Shown piece by piece: positions 8,130 to 16,188 of a DNA stretch of 33,800 nt (positions are counted from its first letter, which is position 1; each line of letters starts with the position of its first letter). A model generated the notes under the pieces. It was not told where the DNA came from. It ran no database searches and was given only the letters and a program-made list of their open reading frames with translations. The position numbers and the translations under genes are program-made. Source of the stretch: a virus (Duplodnaviria; Heunggongvirae; Uroviricota; Caudoviricetes); the IMG/VR virus record IMGVR_UViG_3300028561_000525. One strand, given 5' to 3'.

Positions 8130-9080
8130 TTATAGCTCATCGAGTTCTTTTAATAAATCCTGATCGGGCGGCTCCTCATAATCATCAACATCCTCTTCAG
8201 CTGCCGATTTCTTTGGTGGTTCTACTGCTGTTGATTTTGGTGGGGCTACAGGCTCTTCTTTTCTCACATCACCATTCGCTACTTTACCTCTGTATCTTGC
8301 CCATTCGTCTTTCACGATTTCCCACAACATTTCCCCCTTGAGAAGGGAAATGATATCTTCATCTGACATTCTCTGTGAGGAAATATATTCATCTACATCG
8401 AATGCTTGACCCAAAATGGTCTGGATTTCCTTGTCAGTTCTTGCCAGGGCATTTGGTTTTCTGGCAAACTCGGAATCTGCGTAAACAGGCCATTGTTTAC
8501 CATCTCTCGTTGGCTTTGTGGCCTTTACTTTGATGATAAAGTTATAACCTTCTTCGCCCGGATCAAATACGGCTTTTCCAAGACCGTGTTTCATATCTGT
8601 GATTGTTCCCTTTAGCTTCGATTCGACTTCTGCTGGGAACTCATATAATTTTACCGTGTTGGTGAACTTCTCTTCTCTATCTGTATCCCGCGGGTCATCC
8701 ACTACAAAAATATTGCCGACAAATTTCTCTTTTCTCTTTATCGTGGATGCCTGTTGCTTATCAGCCTGTGTTCCTGTATATAATTTACTGGCTGCCGCAC
8801 AGAAAGGACACCAATTATAAAAGTCATAGGTCTTTTCACAAAGAGGGAAGTACCATCTGTCACCGGACTTGAACCCGTGATAGTAAAATCTCTTGTAAAA
8901 TCTTCCCTTGGGATCTGGAAGGTATCTTACCTCATAGACCTTTGGCTTGTCCTGTGTTCCCATTGATGGGGTCTGCCATACTGTTTCAGACCTGCGAGGG
9001 CCAGCTGTTTTCTTCGTTTCCTCTTGTTGTTTTTCTTCTACGAATTGGTCAAATAAATCTTTTTTTATCCATTTACTCAT
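8130..9080 (-). CDS. gp32: Single-stranded DNA-binding protein (T4 gp32-like)
   Basis: VRYLP, YYHGF, CEKT...CPFC Zn site, LYEFP, FDPGEEGYNFIIK, YADSEF, acidic tail ending DLLKELDEL. Confidence 0.92.
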   Translation of the reverse strand: MSKWIKKDLFDQFVEEKQQEETKKTAGPRRSETVWQTPSMGTQDKPKVYEVRYLPDPKGRFYKRFYYHGFKSGDRWYFPLCEKTYDFYNWCPFCAAASKLYTGTQADKQQASTIKRKEKFVGNIFVVDDPRDTDREEKFTNTVKLYEFPAEVESKLKGTITDMKHGLGKAVFDPGEEGYNFIIKVKATKPTRDGKQWPVYADSEFARKPNALARTDKEIQTILGQAFDVDEYISSQRMSDEDIISLLKGEMLWEIVKDEWARYRGKVANGDVRKEEPVAPPKSTAVEPPKKSAAEEDVDDYEEPPDQDLLKELDEL

Positions 9081-9192
9081 CTTCTTCTTCCTCCATTTTC
9101 TTTTCTAATTTTTCGATTTTTTCTATTAGTTGTTTAATCATCCTTTCTAAATCTTCAAGTATTTGTCTGTTTGTTCTGTAGGTTTTATCCAT
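9073..9192 (-). CDS. Small coiled-coil protein (39 aa)
   Basis: Manual: MDKTYRTNRQILEDLERMIKQLIEKIEKLEKKMEEEEDE; overlaps the gp32 start. Confidence 0.5.
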   Translation of the reverse strand: MDKTYRTNRQILEDLERMIKQLIEKIEKLEKKMEEEEDE

Positions 9193-9209
9193 TCATTGAC
9201 CTCATATTA

Positions 9210-9401
9210 TCATTTTACCACTTTTTTCTGCCGATGGAAAGATTGCCTCCTTTTTCTTGGCTTTTCCTTACTTTCGTTTAGGTTGTTTTCCTTATACTTT
9301 TTCTTTATTTCTTCCGGAAAATCCTTATCATATAACATCGTGCCCGACGGTGGTGGTGTTATCAGCAAGTCCTTCCTGTTTATCCTTTTTACCATTCTCA
9401 T
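9210..9401 (-). CDS. Small basic hypothetical protein
   Basis: ORF track; AGGAGA SD. Confidence 0.55.
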   Translation of the reverse strand: MRMVKRINRKDLLITPPPSGTMLYDKDFPEEIKKKYKENNLNESKEKPRKRRQSFHRQKKVVK

Positions 9402-10029
9402 ATCTCCTGTTCAAAGTTACGAACACTCTTTCCATAAACTCCGGAAAATTGTCCACAACCTCAACATACTTTCTGTAATTTTCCACTATGTAAGGTATCT
9501 GTGCCCTGTCATCGTCCGTCAGAGATACAAATCCCTTGTTTATTAACCAGACAAGGATATATTTGTCAATTTTCCCCTCTATGTAATGTTTTATTATTAT
9601 ACTCTGATGACCTTCTTTCTGTTTACAGTAGAATGAGAGGGGCAATATATCATCAAATTTTTCCTTGAACTGCTCAAGATATTTCCTGATGAATTTTGTT
9701 GAAGTTACAATTTCCCTTTTCCCGCCGCGCAATTCCCGCTTCTTATTCTTGTCCTTCTCGATATAATATTTCAACAATTTGATATTGAAAAATCTCACAT
9801 AAGTAAAATTCTTCCCAAACAATTCAAATCCACAGGCCATAAATTTATTGATGTTTATATTTTTCCATTTTGTAGAGAAATACAGGGCGGCCTTGTTCAG
9901 ATATGCCCTGTTCTGCGAGGACATTTTGGTATTGAAATAATATTCAAAATCCTTTGGTAGCTGATACGGTCTTGCGTGATGTAGGGCTTGGGCCCTTCTA
10001 AATGCCTTGTAAACTTCGAAAACTGTCAT
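9328..10029 (-). CDS. gp59: Probable helicase loader (T4 gp59-like)
   Basis: Size, position upstream of gp32, and a C-terminal pattern IIIKHYIEGKIDKYILVWL...YRKYV resembling gp59. Confidence 0.55.
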   Translation of the reverse strand: MTVFEVYKAFRRAQALHHARPYQLPKDFEYYFNTKMSSQNRAYLNKAALYFSTKWKNININKFMACGFELFGKNFTYVRFFNIKLLKYYIEKDKNKKRELRGGKREIVTSTKFIRKYLEQFKEKFDDILPLSFYCKQKEGHQSIIIKHYIEGKIDKYILVWLINKGFVSLTDDDRAQIPYIVENYRKYVEVVDNFPEFMERVFVTLNRRYENGKKDKQEGLADNTTTVGHDVI

Positions 10030-10030
10030 A

Positions 10031-11125
10031 TCAAAATGGAACCTTCTTTCCGAATAATTTTAAATTTGAGTTGATATAATGCCTTACATTATAATAATTG
10101 TTTTCTTCCCACCACAATTGTGCCTTTACTGTTTCGTAATCTTTCTTCCAGCTCTTCGCCCTCAAGTCAATGTCCTTTACAAGATTTTCCAGATTGGAAA
10201 TCAATTCATCATCGTTATTTGCCCTGGCAAAGGCATTTTTATATGGCTCTATATTAGTATACACCGCCGGAACACCAAGGGCAACATACTCCAACATTTT
10301 TATATTGCTTTTACATTCATTGAATATACCGGGCATTAGCGGGGCCATAGCCATATCTACATCGAGCCTCTTCAGGAATGCTGGATACTCAAATATATTT
10401 CTCCACCCGTGGTGCTCTATTTTTCCCTTGAGGTCAATGAGTTCTTTTGGAATACCGCCACAAATCACCCATTGATATTTATCAACTGTGCCACGGATGT
10501 ATTTGAGGAGCTCTTGGCCAAAGTCTCCACCGGATTTTCCCGGCTTGACAGCAAAATGATTTTCTGACCCCGCCCAGAGTATTCGTGGTTTTGTTTCTCT
10601 CGGATTGTTTTCGTGCTTCGGGATAATTTCTCCCCACACAAATTTGGGTAGATGGTTGGGAATGATTTCTATATTGGTATTATATTTAGAGTATACTTCT
10701 TTGAGCTTCTCCGTTGAAACGGTAATACCGTTTACTTTTGTCATCATCTCTTCGATGTTCTTTTCGTTATCCCTATAATAATCAGAGGCATAATTCCAAT
10801 CGGGAATATTGATGAGAAGGTCATCAATCTCGTAGATGATGGGGGTTTTATAGGTCTTTGTTACCTGATTGATAAAATTAGATATGAGGGCAAGATGGGA
10901 TTTGGTTGCGGCCCTTTGAAATATAACAAAACTAAAATTTTTGTAGTAATCAGTCTGCCTTATGAAATACGCTGAATAGAAACCCACGAATCTATAACCT
11001 TGATATCGTAGGTGTGGGAGAAATAGGTGTGGATAGATAACTCGTATCGTTCCACACCCTTGCGTATCTCCTACATAACTAAGTATGTTTACTGAGGCAG
11101 GCTTTGATATAACCTGCAAATTCAT
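10031..11125 (-). CDS. Glycosyltransferase, GT-B fold (GT4-like)
   Basis: GCGTIRV..P, YEIDD, VSTEKL, PNHLP, ILWAGS..H, FNECKSNIKMLEY..LGVP.V. Confidence 0.85.
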   Translation of the reverse strand: MNLQVISKPASVNILSYVGDTQGCGTIRVIYPHLFLPHLRYQGYRFVGFYSAYFIRQTDYYKNFSFVIFQRAATKSHLALISNFINQVTKTYKTPIIYEIDDLLINIPDWNYASDYYRDNEKNIEEMMTKVNGITVSTEKLKEVYSKYNTNIEIIPNHLPKFVWGEIIPKHENNPRETKPRILWAGSENHFAVKPGKSGGDFGQELLKYIRGTVDKYQWVICGGIPKELIDLKGKIEHHGWRNIFEYPAFLKRLDVDMAMAPLMPGIFNECKSNIKMLEYVALGVPAVYTNIEPYKNAFARANNDDELISNLENLVKDIDLRAKSWKKDYETVKAQLWWEENNYYNVRHYINSNLKLFGKKVPF

Positions 11126-11128
11126 TTA

Positions 11129-11995
11129 TTAAGTTGTCCAAGAATCTTCAAGTTCAATGCTTTGGGTGTTGGAGATACCCGCTCTTACATTGGTTGTATC
11201 TACATCCCTTTTCAATTCCTTTCTCTGTATGAGATGTTTATTTAAAATGTGGATTGTGGGGAGTCCAATCGGTGTTCTGTTTGCGATTGATCCCGTATTC
11301 ACATTTTCTAGCACGCCTTCAACTTCCTTTGCTATAGTTAGAATATCTTCAGCCGAATTCCATTTTGGTTTCCACTTCCATTTTCCCCAGCAATCAGGTT
11401 GTGCCTGGTGATAATGTGAGAAGAATCTCAAGCCAATTGGTGTTCTTGTTGAAACAGACTTTACATTATCTCCTTCTGTCGATACTAATATAACAATCGG
11501 TGTAATAAGTTTCTTTTGAAACTTTGTCTCTATCGGTTTTTGGTCTACAAATTTTGGCCAGTAGATACTCCTTATGTACCAATAAATTTCTCCTTTTTTA
11601 TTGCCCGGAGAAATTGAAAGCCCGCGCTCCGCCTGCTGAAAGGAAACCTGAGGCATAATTTGTGAACTTTCGAGTTTCCTCTTTAGCTCTATTTCCTTTC
11701 TCTCATATTCTTCTCTATAGGTTTGAACAAATGACACCATATCAGCCACTTTCTTTTGAATGTTATCCTTTATGGATGCCAATTTCTGGTTGAGAATATG
11801 TTTGTATTCTCTTTTAATCTCATCTATAGAGTCAAGATTTTCGACTTCGATAAGTTTAAGTTTTAAAATTTTATCTCCGGCCCGGAGGGATAAGCCCTTC
11901 AGTTCAACATCATTTATATTGACGGTATCAACCGTGGCAAATATACTTGACATCTCGTTCAAAAGGGTTTCGGAGATATCCCTTGGTGCGGCCAT
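11129..11995 (-). CDS. Coiled-coil plus probable prokaryotic E2 (ubiquitin-conjugating)-like domain
   Basis: Only Cys lies in FFSHYHQAQPDCWG, resembling the E2 H-x-H/N...C active-site spacing; directly downstream of a Ubl gene. Confidence 0.55.
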   Translation of the reverse strand: MAAPRDISETLLNEMSSIFATVDTVNINDVELKGLSLRAGDKILKLKLIEVENLDSIDEIKREYKHILNQKLASIKDNIQKKVADMVSFVQTYREEYERKEIELKRKLESSQIMPQVSFQQAERGLSISPGNKKGEIYWYIRSIYWPKFVDQKPIETKFQKKLITPIVILVSTEGDNVKSVSTRTPIGLRFFSHYHQAQPDCWGKWKWKPKWNSAEDILTIAKEVEGVLENVNTGSIANRTPIGLPTIHILNKHLIQRKELKRDVDTTNVRAGISNTQSIELEDSWTT

Positions 11996-12060
11996 AATTT
12001 CATACCTTTCTTGTTTGTTTTTGAGTGGGGGTAGCTGCTACGCACCCACCCCCTTCTCAA

Positions 12061-12327
12061 TTAGAAACCAGCGACATCGTAAGGTCTGATTTCAACCTTG
12101 TCGCCCTCGTTAAGCACTTCGGGAGCCTGTGAGGGTTTGATTTCGCTGCCGTTGAGGATAATTCTGAATTTTCCGAAACCGGCATCTCTCGCGAGATTCA
12201 TAACGGTATCCTTAAACGGTGTGCCGGGGGTAAGTGGAATAGAAGCATTGTTTACCAGAGCACAAGTCTCTGAAGAAAATTCTGCTCTACGCTCTTCTGC
12301 GCCATTCCATACATCATCTCTATCCAT
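12061..12327 (-). CDS. Ubiquitin-like (beta-grasp) protein ending -PYDVAG-F
   Basis: 88 aa; pattern FRIILNGSEI...LNEGDKVEIRP typical of ThiS/MoaD/Ubl folds; penultimate Gly. Confidence 0.75.
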   Translation of the reverse strand: MDRDDVWNGAEERRAEFSSETCALVNNASIPLTPGTPFKDTVMNLARDAGFGKFRIILNGSEIKPSQAPEVLNEGDKVEIRPYDVAGF

Positions 12328-12392
12328 AAAAAAACCTCCTATCAGGATTTCAACTAATTATATCATATTTCAAATAGTGTGTAAATAAGAAA

Positions 12393-13148
12393 TTATACCT
12401 CTTTTCTTGACATTAGATAATACTTCTCCGTGCCGTCTTTCTTCTCGACAAATACCATACCAAGTTCCTGCTGTCTCACAAAGGCGAAATTCGTTCTGAA
12501 ATTGTCGAAATCATCTTCGATGACGGACATCAGGTTCACAAAGTTCCTGTAATCAAAACATAGGTTCAAATCGTCCTCTTTTATATCCTGTAATAAATCA
12601 AATTTCAGAGTGTTGGAATATGGATTCTGTTTATCTGTAGTCTCCATCGAGAATATCTTGTTTATGACGGTGAAATATATTTTACCGAACCTCATTCCAA
12701 TTTTCTTGATTTTATTGAAATCGGATATGAATGAAGAATTTAAGTCAAACGAGACAAAATATTTTACACTTTCTCTCGGCGCCGTTGCTGAAAAAACAGT
12801 AACGACATTTGGTGAGCAGAAGAAGATATTTGATTTCTGGTTTCCAGATGTAATCGCTATTTTTTCATCGAAAATTCTGATATCCGCCTCTTCATCACCT
12901 TCTATAAGGGCGAGATATGGCATAACAGATATACTTGGTTCCGAAAAGTTCAATGTATATTCGGCTCCCCTCTTTATTTCAAGTACATCATTTGCGACAT
13001 CCAGAATTACGATGGCATCCTTGGAATTTTGCATCAACATTCTGGATTGGATTTTATCTGAAGTTAATTTCAGCTGAACACTCTCTATTGAAAAATTGAG
13101 TGTTGCTTTCTGTAACACAGATTTAAAATTCTCAACATTTAATTTCAT
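12393..13148 (-). CDS. gp45: Sliding clamp (T4 gp45-like)
   Basis: 251 aa, beta-rich, downstream of the clamp loader subunits. Confidence 0.7.
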   Translation of the reverse strand: MKLNVENFKSVLQKATLNFSIESVQLKLTSDKIQSRMLMQNSKDAIVILDVANDVLEIKRGAEYTLNFSEPSISVMPYLALIEGDEEADIRIFDEKIAITSGNQKSNIFFCSPNVVTVFSATAPRESVKYFVSFDLNSSFISDFNKIKKIGMRFGKIYFTVINKIFSMETTDKQNPYSNTLKFDLLQDIKEDDLNLCFDYRNFVNLMSVIEDDFDNFRTNFAFVRQQELGMVFVEKKDGTEKYYLMSRKEV

Positions 13149-13152
13149 ACTT

Positions 13153-13503
13153 TTACTCCACTTTTTTCTTTTTTGTTATTCTTCTTGTGCCAGTTCTCTT
13201 TCTGGTTGGCTTCTTTTCTGACTTGACTAAATTGTCCGGCTTGACCAGCTGGTCAGGTTGGGTAATTTCGTCAAGTTCCTTTTCTTCAACAATAACATCC
13301 TCACTTACGGGTTCTTCTTCAGTTGGTTCTTCTATTACATCTACTACGGGTTCCTCTAATTGTTTTTTCAATTCTTCAAGATCTCTCAACCGCTTTATTT
13401 TTTCATATTGTTCAACATTGATATTGAATCTACACCTGAAGCATATACCATCGTATAATCTTATTCTCACTTTCTGGCACTTTTTGCAAATTCCACCATG
13501 CAT
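13153..13503 (-). CDS. Hypothetical protein with CxxC...CxxC, acidic middle and basic tail
   Basis: ORF track. Confidence 0.6.
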   Translation of the reverse strand: MHGGICKKCQKVRIRLYDGICFRCRFNINVEQYEKIKRLRDLEELKKQLEEPVVDVIEEPTEEEPVSEDVIVEEKELDEITQPDQLVKPDNLVKSEKKPTRKRTGTRRITKKKKVE

Positions 13504-13823
13504 TTCTCCGCCTCTCTCTTTGATACCCCAAATTCGAGCATCAATGATTTTATTTTTTCTCCCTTCTCTTTGTCCTTTTCAGACTTTCGGGGCCATTTTA
13601 TGTATCTTCGGCCCTTGGGGATCTTATTATAATAGTATTTATATACCCATTCGTCCTCAAGGTTGAATAAAATCATATTGACATCGTTCACCATCTCTAT
13701 AAGAGAGGTGTCGTGAGACAACCACAATGATAAGACATAAGCAGACACGATTTTCTTCTCGTAGTCCATACCCGTTTTATAATATATGGAATTGAGAACA
13801 TCGAATATTGTTCTTTCTTTCAT
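13467..13823 (-). CDS. gp62: Clamp loader small subunit (T4 gp62-like)
   Basis: IFDVLNSI..K, WLS.D..LI.MVN.VN, YYY..IPKGRRYIKW, FGVSKREA. Confidence 0.8.
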   Translation of the reverse strand: MKERTIFDVLNSIYYKTGMDYEKKIVSAYVLSLWLSHDTSLIEMVNDVNMILFNLEDEWVYKYYYNKIPKGRRYIKWPRKSEKDKEKGEKIKSLMLEFGVSKREAEKCMVEFAKSARK

Positions 13824-14710
13824 AGAACTCCCTTCTTTATAAGGGAAACAACCATCGTCATAAAATTGATTTCCTTGTTTGCCACAAGGCTGTCTCTATA
13901 AAGGTATTCTCCTATTGCTAGGATGGCGTCGCCAGGACTTTTCAATTTTCCCGCGCTTTCATAGAAATGAAGATACAAATCGGGATAATTGATTGAATGT
14001 CCTCTCAAGAGTTTTCTGATATCATCCAGATTTTTCTCTTGGGCTGCCTTGAATATCTGGAAATGTATCTCTGATACTTCATCCACTTTGATACCATCTA
14101 TTTTACCATCAATAGTATTCATTTGTAAAGTATGAATGATTTTTCTGATATCGGGGTACAATTGCTTGATGATGGTCACAATGGCTTTTGTGTCTCCCAC
14201 CTTCACACCTTCCTTCTTCAGTATATCCATACAATGCTGATAGATTTCTTTGGCGGGTGGATTGGTCAACTCGATAACCTGGCATCTCGATTGGATTTCT
14301 TTTATCATCTTGTGACCGTAGTTACATTGGAAGATGAATCTTGTAATACCTTCCACCTGCTCTATCAAATCCCTTAGCATTGCCTGGGCCGCTGGGCTGA
14401 GATAGTCACTTTCGTTCATTACAACGATTTTCATCTTGGTCACGCCGAGGGCCGTAGCAAATGATTTCACCTTCGTCCTGATACCATCAATTGATGTTTC
14501 ATCGGAACAATTCAATTTGATAAAATCGAGTTTTGTTTCCTTCAGAAAGATATTTGTATAGGTTCCCTTACCAACTCCGGGCGGGCCCACCAACATCAGA
14601 TTGGGTATTTCGGTCAAGGCCTTCTGTAATCTCGGCTTCACCACATCATTCAATATTATATCCTCAAATTTTTGAGGTTCATACGCAAATGTCCAGATTT
14701 TTGTTTCCAT
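13820..14710 (-). CDS. gp44: Clamp loader large subunit (gp44/RFC AAA+)
   Basis: YEPQKFEDIIL, GPPGVGKGT, LNCSDE, NESDYL, QSRC, YPDIRKII. Confidence 0.93.
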   Translation of the reverse strand: METKIWTFAYEPQKFEDIILNDVVKPRLQKALTEIPNLMLVGPPGVGKGTYTNIFLKETKLDFIKLNCSDETSIDGIRTKVKSFATALGVTKMKIVVMNESDYLSPAAQAMLRDLIEQVEGITRFIFQCNYGHKMIKEIQSRCQVIELTNPPAKEIYQHCMDILKKEGVKVGDTKAIVTIIKQLYPDIRKIIHTLQMNTIDGKIDGIKVDEVSEIHFQIFKAAQEKNLDDIRKLLRGHSINYPDLYLHFYESAGKLKSPGDAILAIGEYLYRDSLVANKEINFMTMVVSLIKKGVL

Positions 14711-14713
14711 ATT

Positions 14714-14989
14714 TTACTTATTCAATTCTTTCTTGAGTAGTTTTGATGCTTTGAATTTGATGACTTTCTTGGGCGCAACGGTGATTTGTTCCCCCGTTTT
14801 CGGGTTTCTGATTTTTCTCTCTGGCATATTCAATGTATAGAAAGTGCCCAGACCCATCAAGGAAACCTTTTCGCCTTTCATAAGACCGTTCAGAATACCA
14901 GAAACTACAGAATCAACGGCAAGTTTAGCATCGGTCTTGGTAATACTCATATCATTTGAAACGAAGTCTGACAAAACTTTCCTGTTCAT
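14714..14989 (-). CDS. hup: HU/IHF-family DNA-binding protein
   Basis: GEKVSLMGLGTF...RKIRNPKTGEQI...FKASK; start at ATG 14989 with AGGAG SD. Confidence 0.93.
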   Translation of the reverse strand: MNRKVLSDFVSNDMSITKTDAKLAVDSVVSGILNGLMKGEKVSLMGLGTFYTLNMPERKIRNPKTGEQITVAPKKVIKFKASKLLKKELNK

Positions 14990-15020
14990 ACGGTTTTCTC
15001 CTTTCATAGATTTTTGATTT

Positions 15021-15049
15021 ATTATACCAGAAAAACATTGAAATGTAAA
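15021..15049 (-). promoter_or_regulatory. Early promoter TTTACA-N17-TATAAT for the HU/clamp-loader operon
   Basis: TTTACAtttcaatgtttttctggTATAAT. Confidence 0.75.
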
Positions 15050-15066
15050 CATTTTCGATATTTTTA

Positions 15067-15095
15067 TTTACATCGCCATAAATATGTGATAGAAT
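15067..15095 (+). promoter_or_regulatory. Promoter TTTACA-N17-TAGAAT for tmRNA (divergent from the previous promoter)
   Basis: 17-nt spacing; directly upstream of tmRNA. Confidence 0.7.
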
Positions 15096-15116
15096 ACAAT
15101 CGTTCCTTGAAAATTT

Positions 15117-15479
15117 GGGGGTGCACAGGCTTCGACAGAGGTTTTGGTACTTCAGGCGCACGCCGGAGATAATCATCGGCTCCGTTATCAACTGATTATC
15201 ATATAAGCGCAGACTACAGTTATAGTTACGCAATGGCGGCTTAGTTAACCGCCCACAATTTTCATACTCTCCTCTCCATCGGGGTTGGAAATTGTTCAAA
15301 TCAATGGGGAGCCGGGAAAATAGGTTGTTTCGCCTATTTCACGGTAATAAAGAAACTGGATTTGATGTATCGGTTTTCTGTTAGGAGCATCGAATTGACC
15401 GCAACAAACAGAGAAGCGTGTAATTCACCTGATTTATCGGGGCTTTTGGACGCCGGTTCGATTCCGGCCACCTCCACCA
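15117..15479 (+). ncRNA. ssrA: tmRNA; tag (A)ADYSYSYAMAA*
   Basis: 5' GGGGGTG pairs with 3' CACCTCC-ACCA (G3:U); T arm GCCGGTTCGATTCCGGC; resume context TATAAGC-GCA at 15209; tag ORF 15209-15244 ends AA-TAG. Confidence 0.92.
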
Positions 15480-15540
15480 TAAATAACAATGAGGGGGTCA
15501 TATAATGAAGGGCGAGCGATTCTTTTCATAGAATCTTGCC

Positions 15541-15590
15541 AAAGGGCAGTATAAGCCCCCTACGAAGTAAAGGAGATACTGCCCTTTTTT
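15541..15590 (+). terminator. Intrinsic terminator after tmRNA
   Basis: AAAGGGCAGTAT / ATACTGCCCTTT 12-bp stem plus T run. Confidence 0.7.
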
Positions 15591-15628
15591 ATTGCGTAAG
15601 TCATTGAAATTATTGAGAAACATTTTTC

Positions 15629-15657
15629 TTGACAGGGATACCGTATTATGATATGAT
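15629..15657 (+). promoter_or_regulatory. Promoter TTGACA-N17-TATGAT
   Basis: Near-consensus sigma70 promoter upstream of a structured RNA and tRNA-Asn. Confidence 0.7.
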
Positions 15658-15679
15658 ATGTCGTATTCTTTGAAAATTT

Positions 15680-15870
15680 AGAGGGTAGTAGAGATGAACT
15701 TGTTGCGGCAAGTTGAACGAACTCGTAAGGAACAGAGGAACCGCCATTCCATCTGTTCGCCCTCTTTATTATAATCCGTGGGTTGTCACCGTTTCCTGTC
15801 CTGACAACATCTGGCCTCGCCGCCGTGGAGCCACCCCAGCGAGGGAATAACTGGTGGCCAGCAGGAAACA
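15680..15870 (+). ncRNA. Unidentified structured RNA(s) upstream of tRNA-Asn
   Basis: GAGGG/CCCTC, AACTTG/CAAGTT, GTTGTCA/TGACAAC, GTTTCCTG/CAGGAAAC, CCTCGC/GCGAGG stems; GC-rich. Confidence 0.45.
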
Positions 15871-15873
15871 CAT

Positions 15874-15947
15874 TCCGGTATGGTGAAACGGTATCACGAA
15901 TGGCTGTTAACCATTAGTTATTGGTTCGATTCCATTTACCGGAGCCA
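15874..15947 (+). tRNA. tRNA-Asn(GTT)
   Basis: Cloverleaf; AATGG-CTGTTAA-CCATT; CCA end. Confidence 0.9.
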
Positions 15948-15957
15948 GAAAAAATTG

Positions 15958-15986
15958 TTTACATTCTATGTAAACTGTGTTATAAT
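15958..15986 (+). promoter_or_regulatory. Promoter TTTACA-N17-TATAAT upstream of the main tRNA array
   Basis: TTTACAttctatgtaaactgtgtTATAAT. Confidence 0.75.
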
Positions 15987-16025
15987 TTACATATATAATA
16001 TTGACATATAATTTCAGAGGATTCT

Positions 16026-16121
16026 ATGACGAAATATTTTCTACATAAAGATTGTTGGTTTTATTTAGTGCCGAGCCTTGCGATTGAAACAAAGCCAGCA
16101 GAGGGGGGCACTATAGAATAG
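16026..16121 (+). CDS. Candidate 31-aa leader peptide MTKYFLHKDCWFYLVPSLAIETKPAEGGTIE
   Basis: AGAGGA SD; lies between the promoter and a terminator. Confidence 0.4.
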   Translation: MTKYFLHKDCWFYLVPSLAIETKPAEGGTIE

Positions 16122-16152
16122 AAGAGTCAAATCCTATAGAGTAGAATTATTG

Positions 16153-16188
16153 AAGGGAGATTGGGTTTTGACTCAATCTCCCTTTTTT
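16153..16188 (+). terminator. Strong intrinsic terminator or attenuator before the tRNA array
   Basis: 14-bp stem AAGGGAGATTGGGT / ACTCAATCTCCCTT, TTTG loop, T run. Confidence 0.75.

Noticed and set aside
12061-12327. Ubl as a ThiS/MoaD sulfur carrier for cofactor or tRNA thiolation
   Set aside because: No thiamine/molybdopterin/cysteine desulfurase/rhodanese genes in the window, and it is paired with an E2-like gene. This is disfavoured but not excluded, given the many tRNAs.
593-14736. Plus-strand ORFs across the left arm (e.g. 2119-2703, 12610-13077, 13187-13666)
   Set aside because: Antisense to well-supported minus-strand genes, with Phe/Ser/Ile-biased shadow composition
15680-15870. 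RNase P RNA, SRP RNA or HDV-like ribozyme
   Set aside because: No GAGGAAAGUCC/ACAGAA..CGGC boxes, no SRP GGAA/AGCAG loop, and only 3 nt where HDV needs P3-L3; kept as unknown RNA
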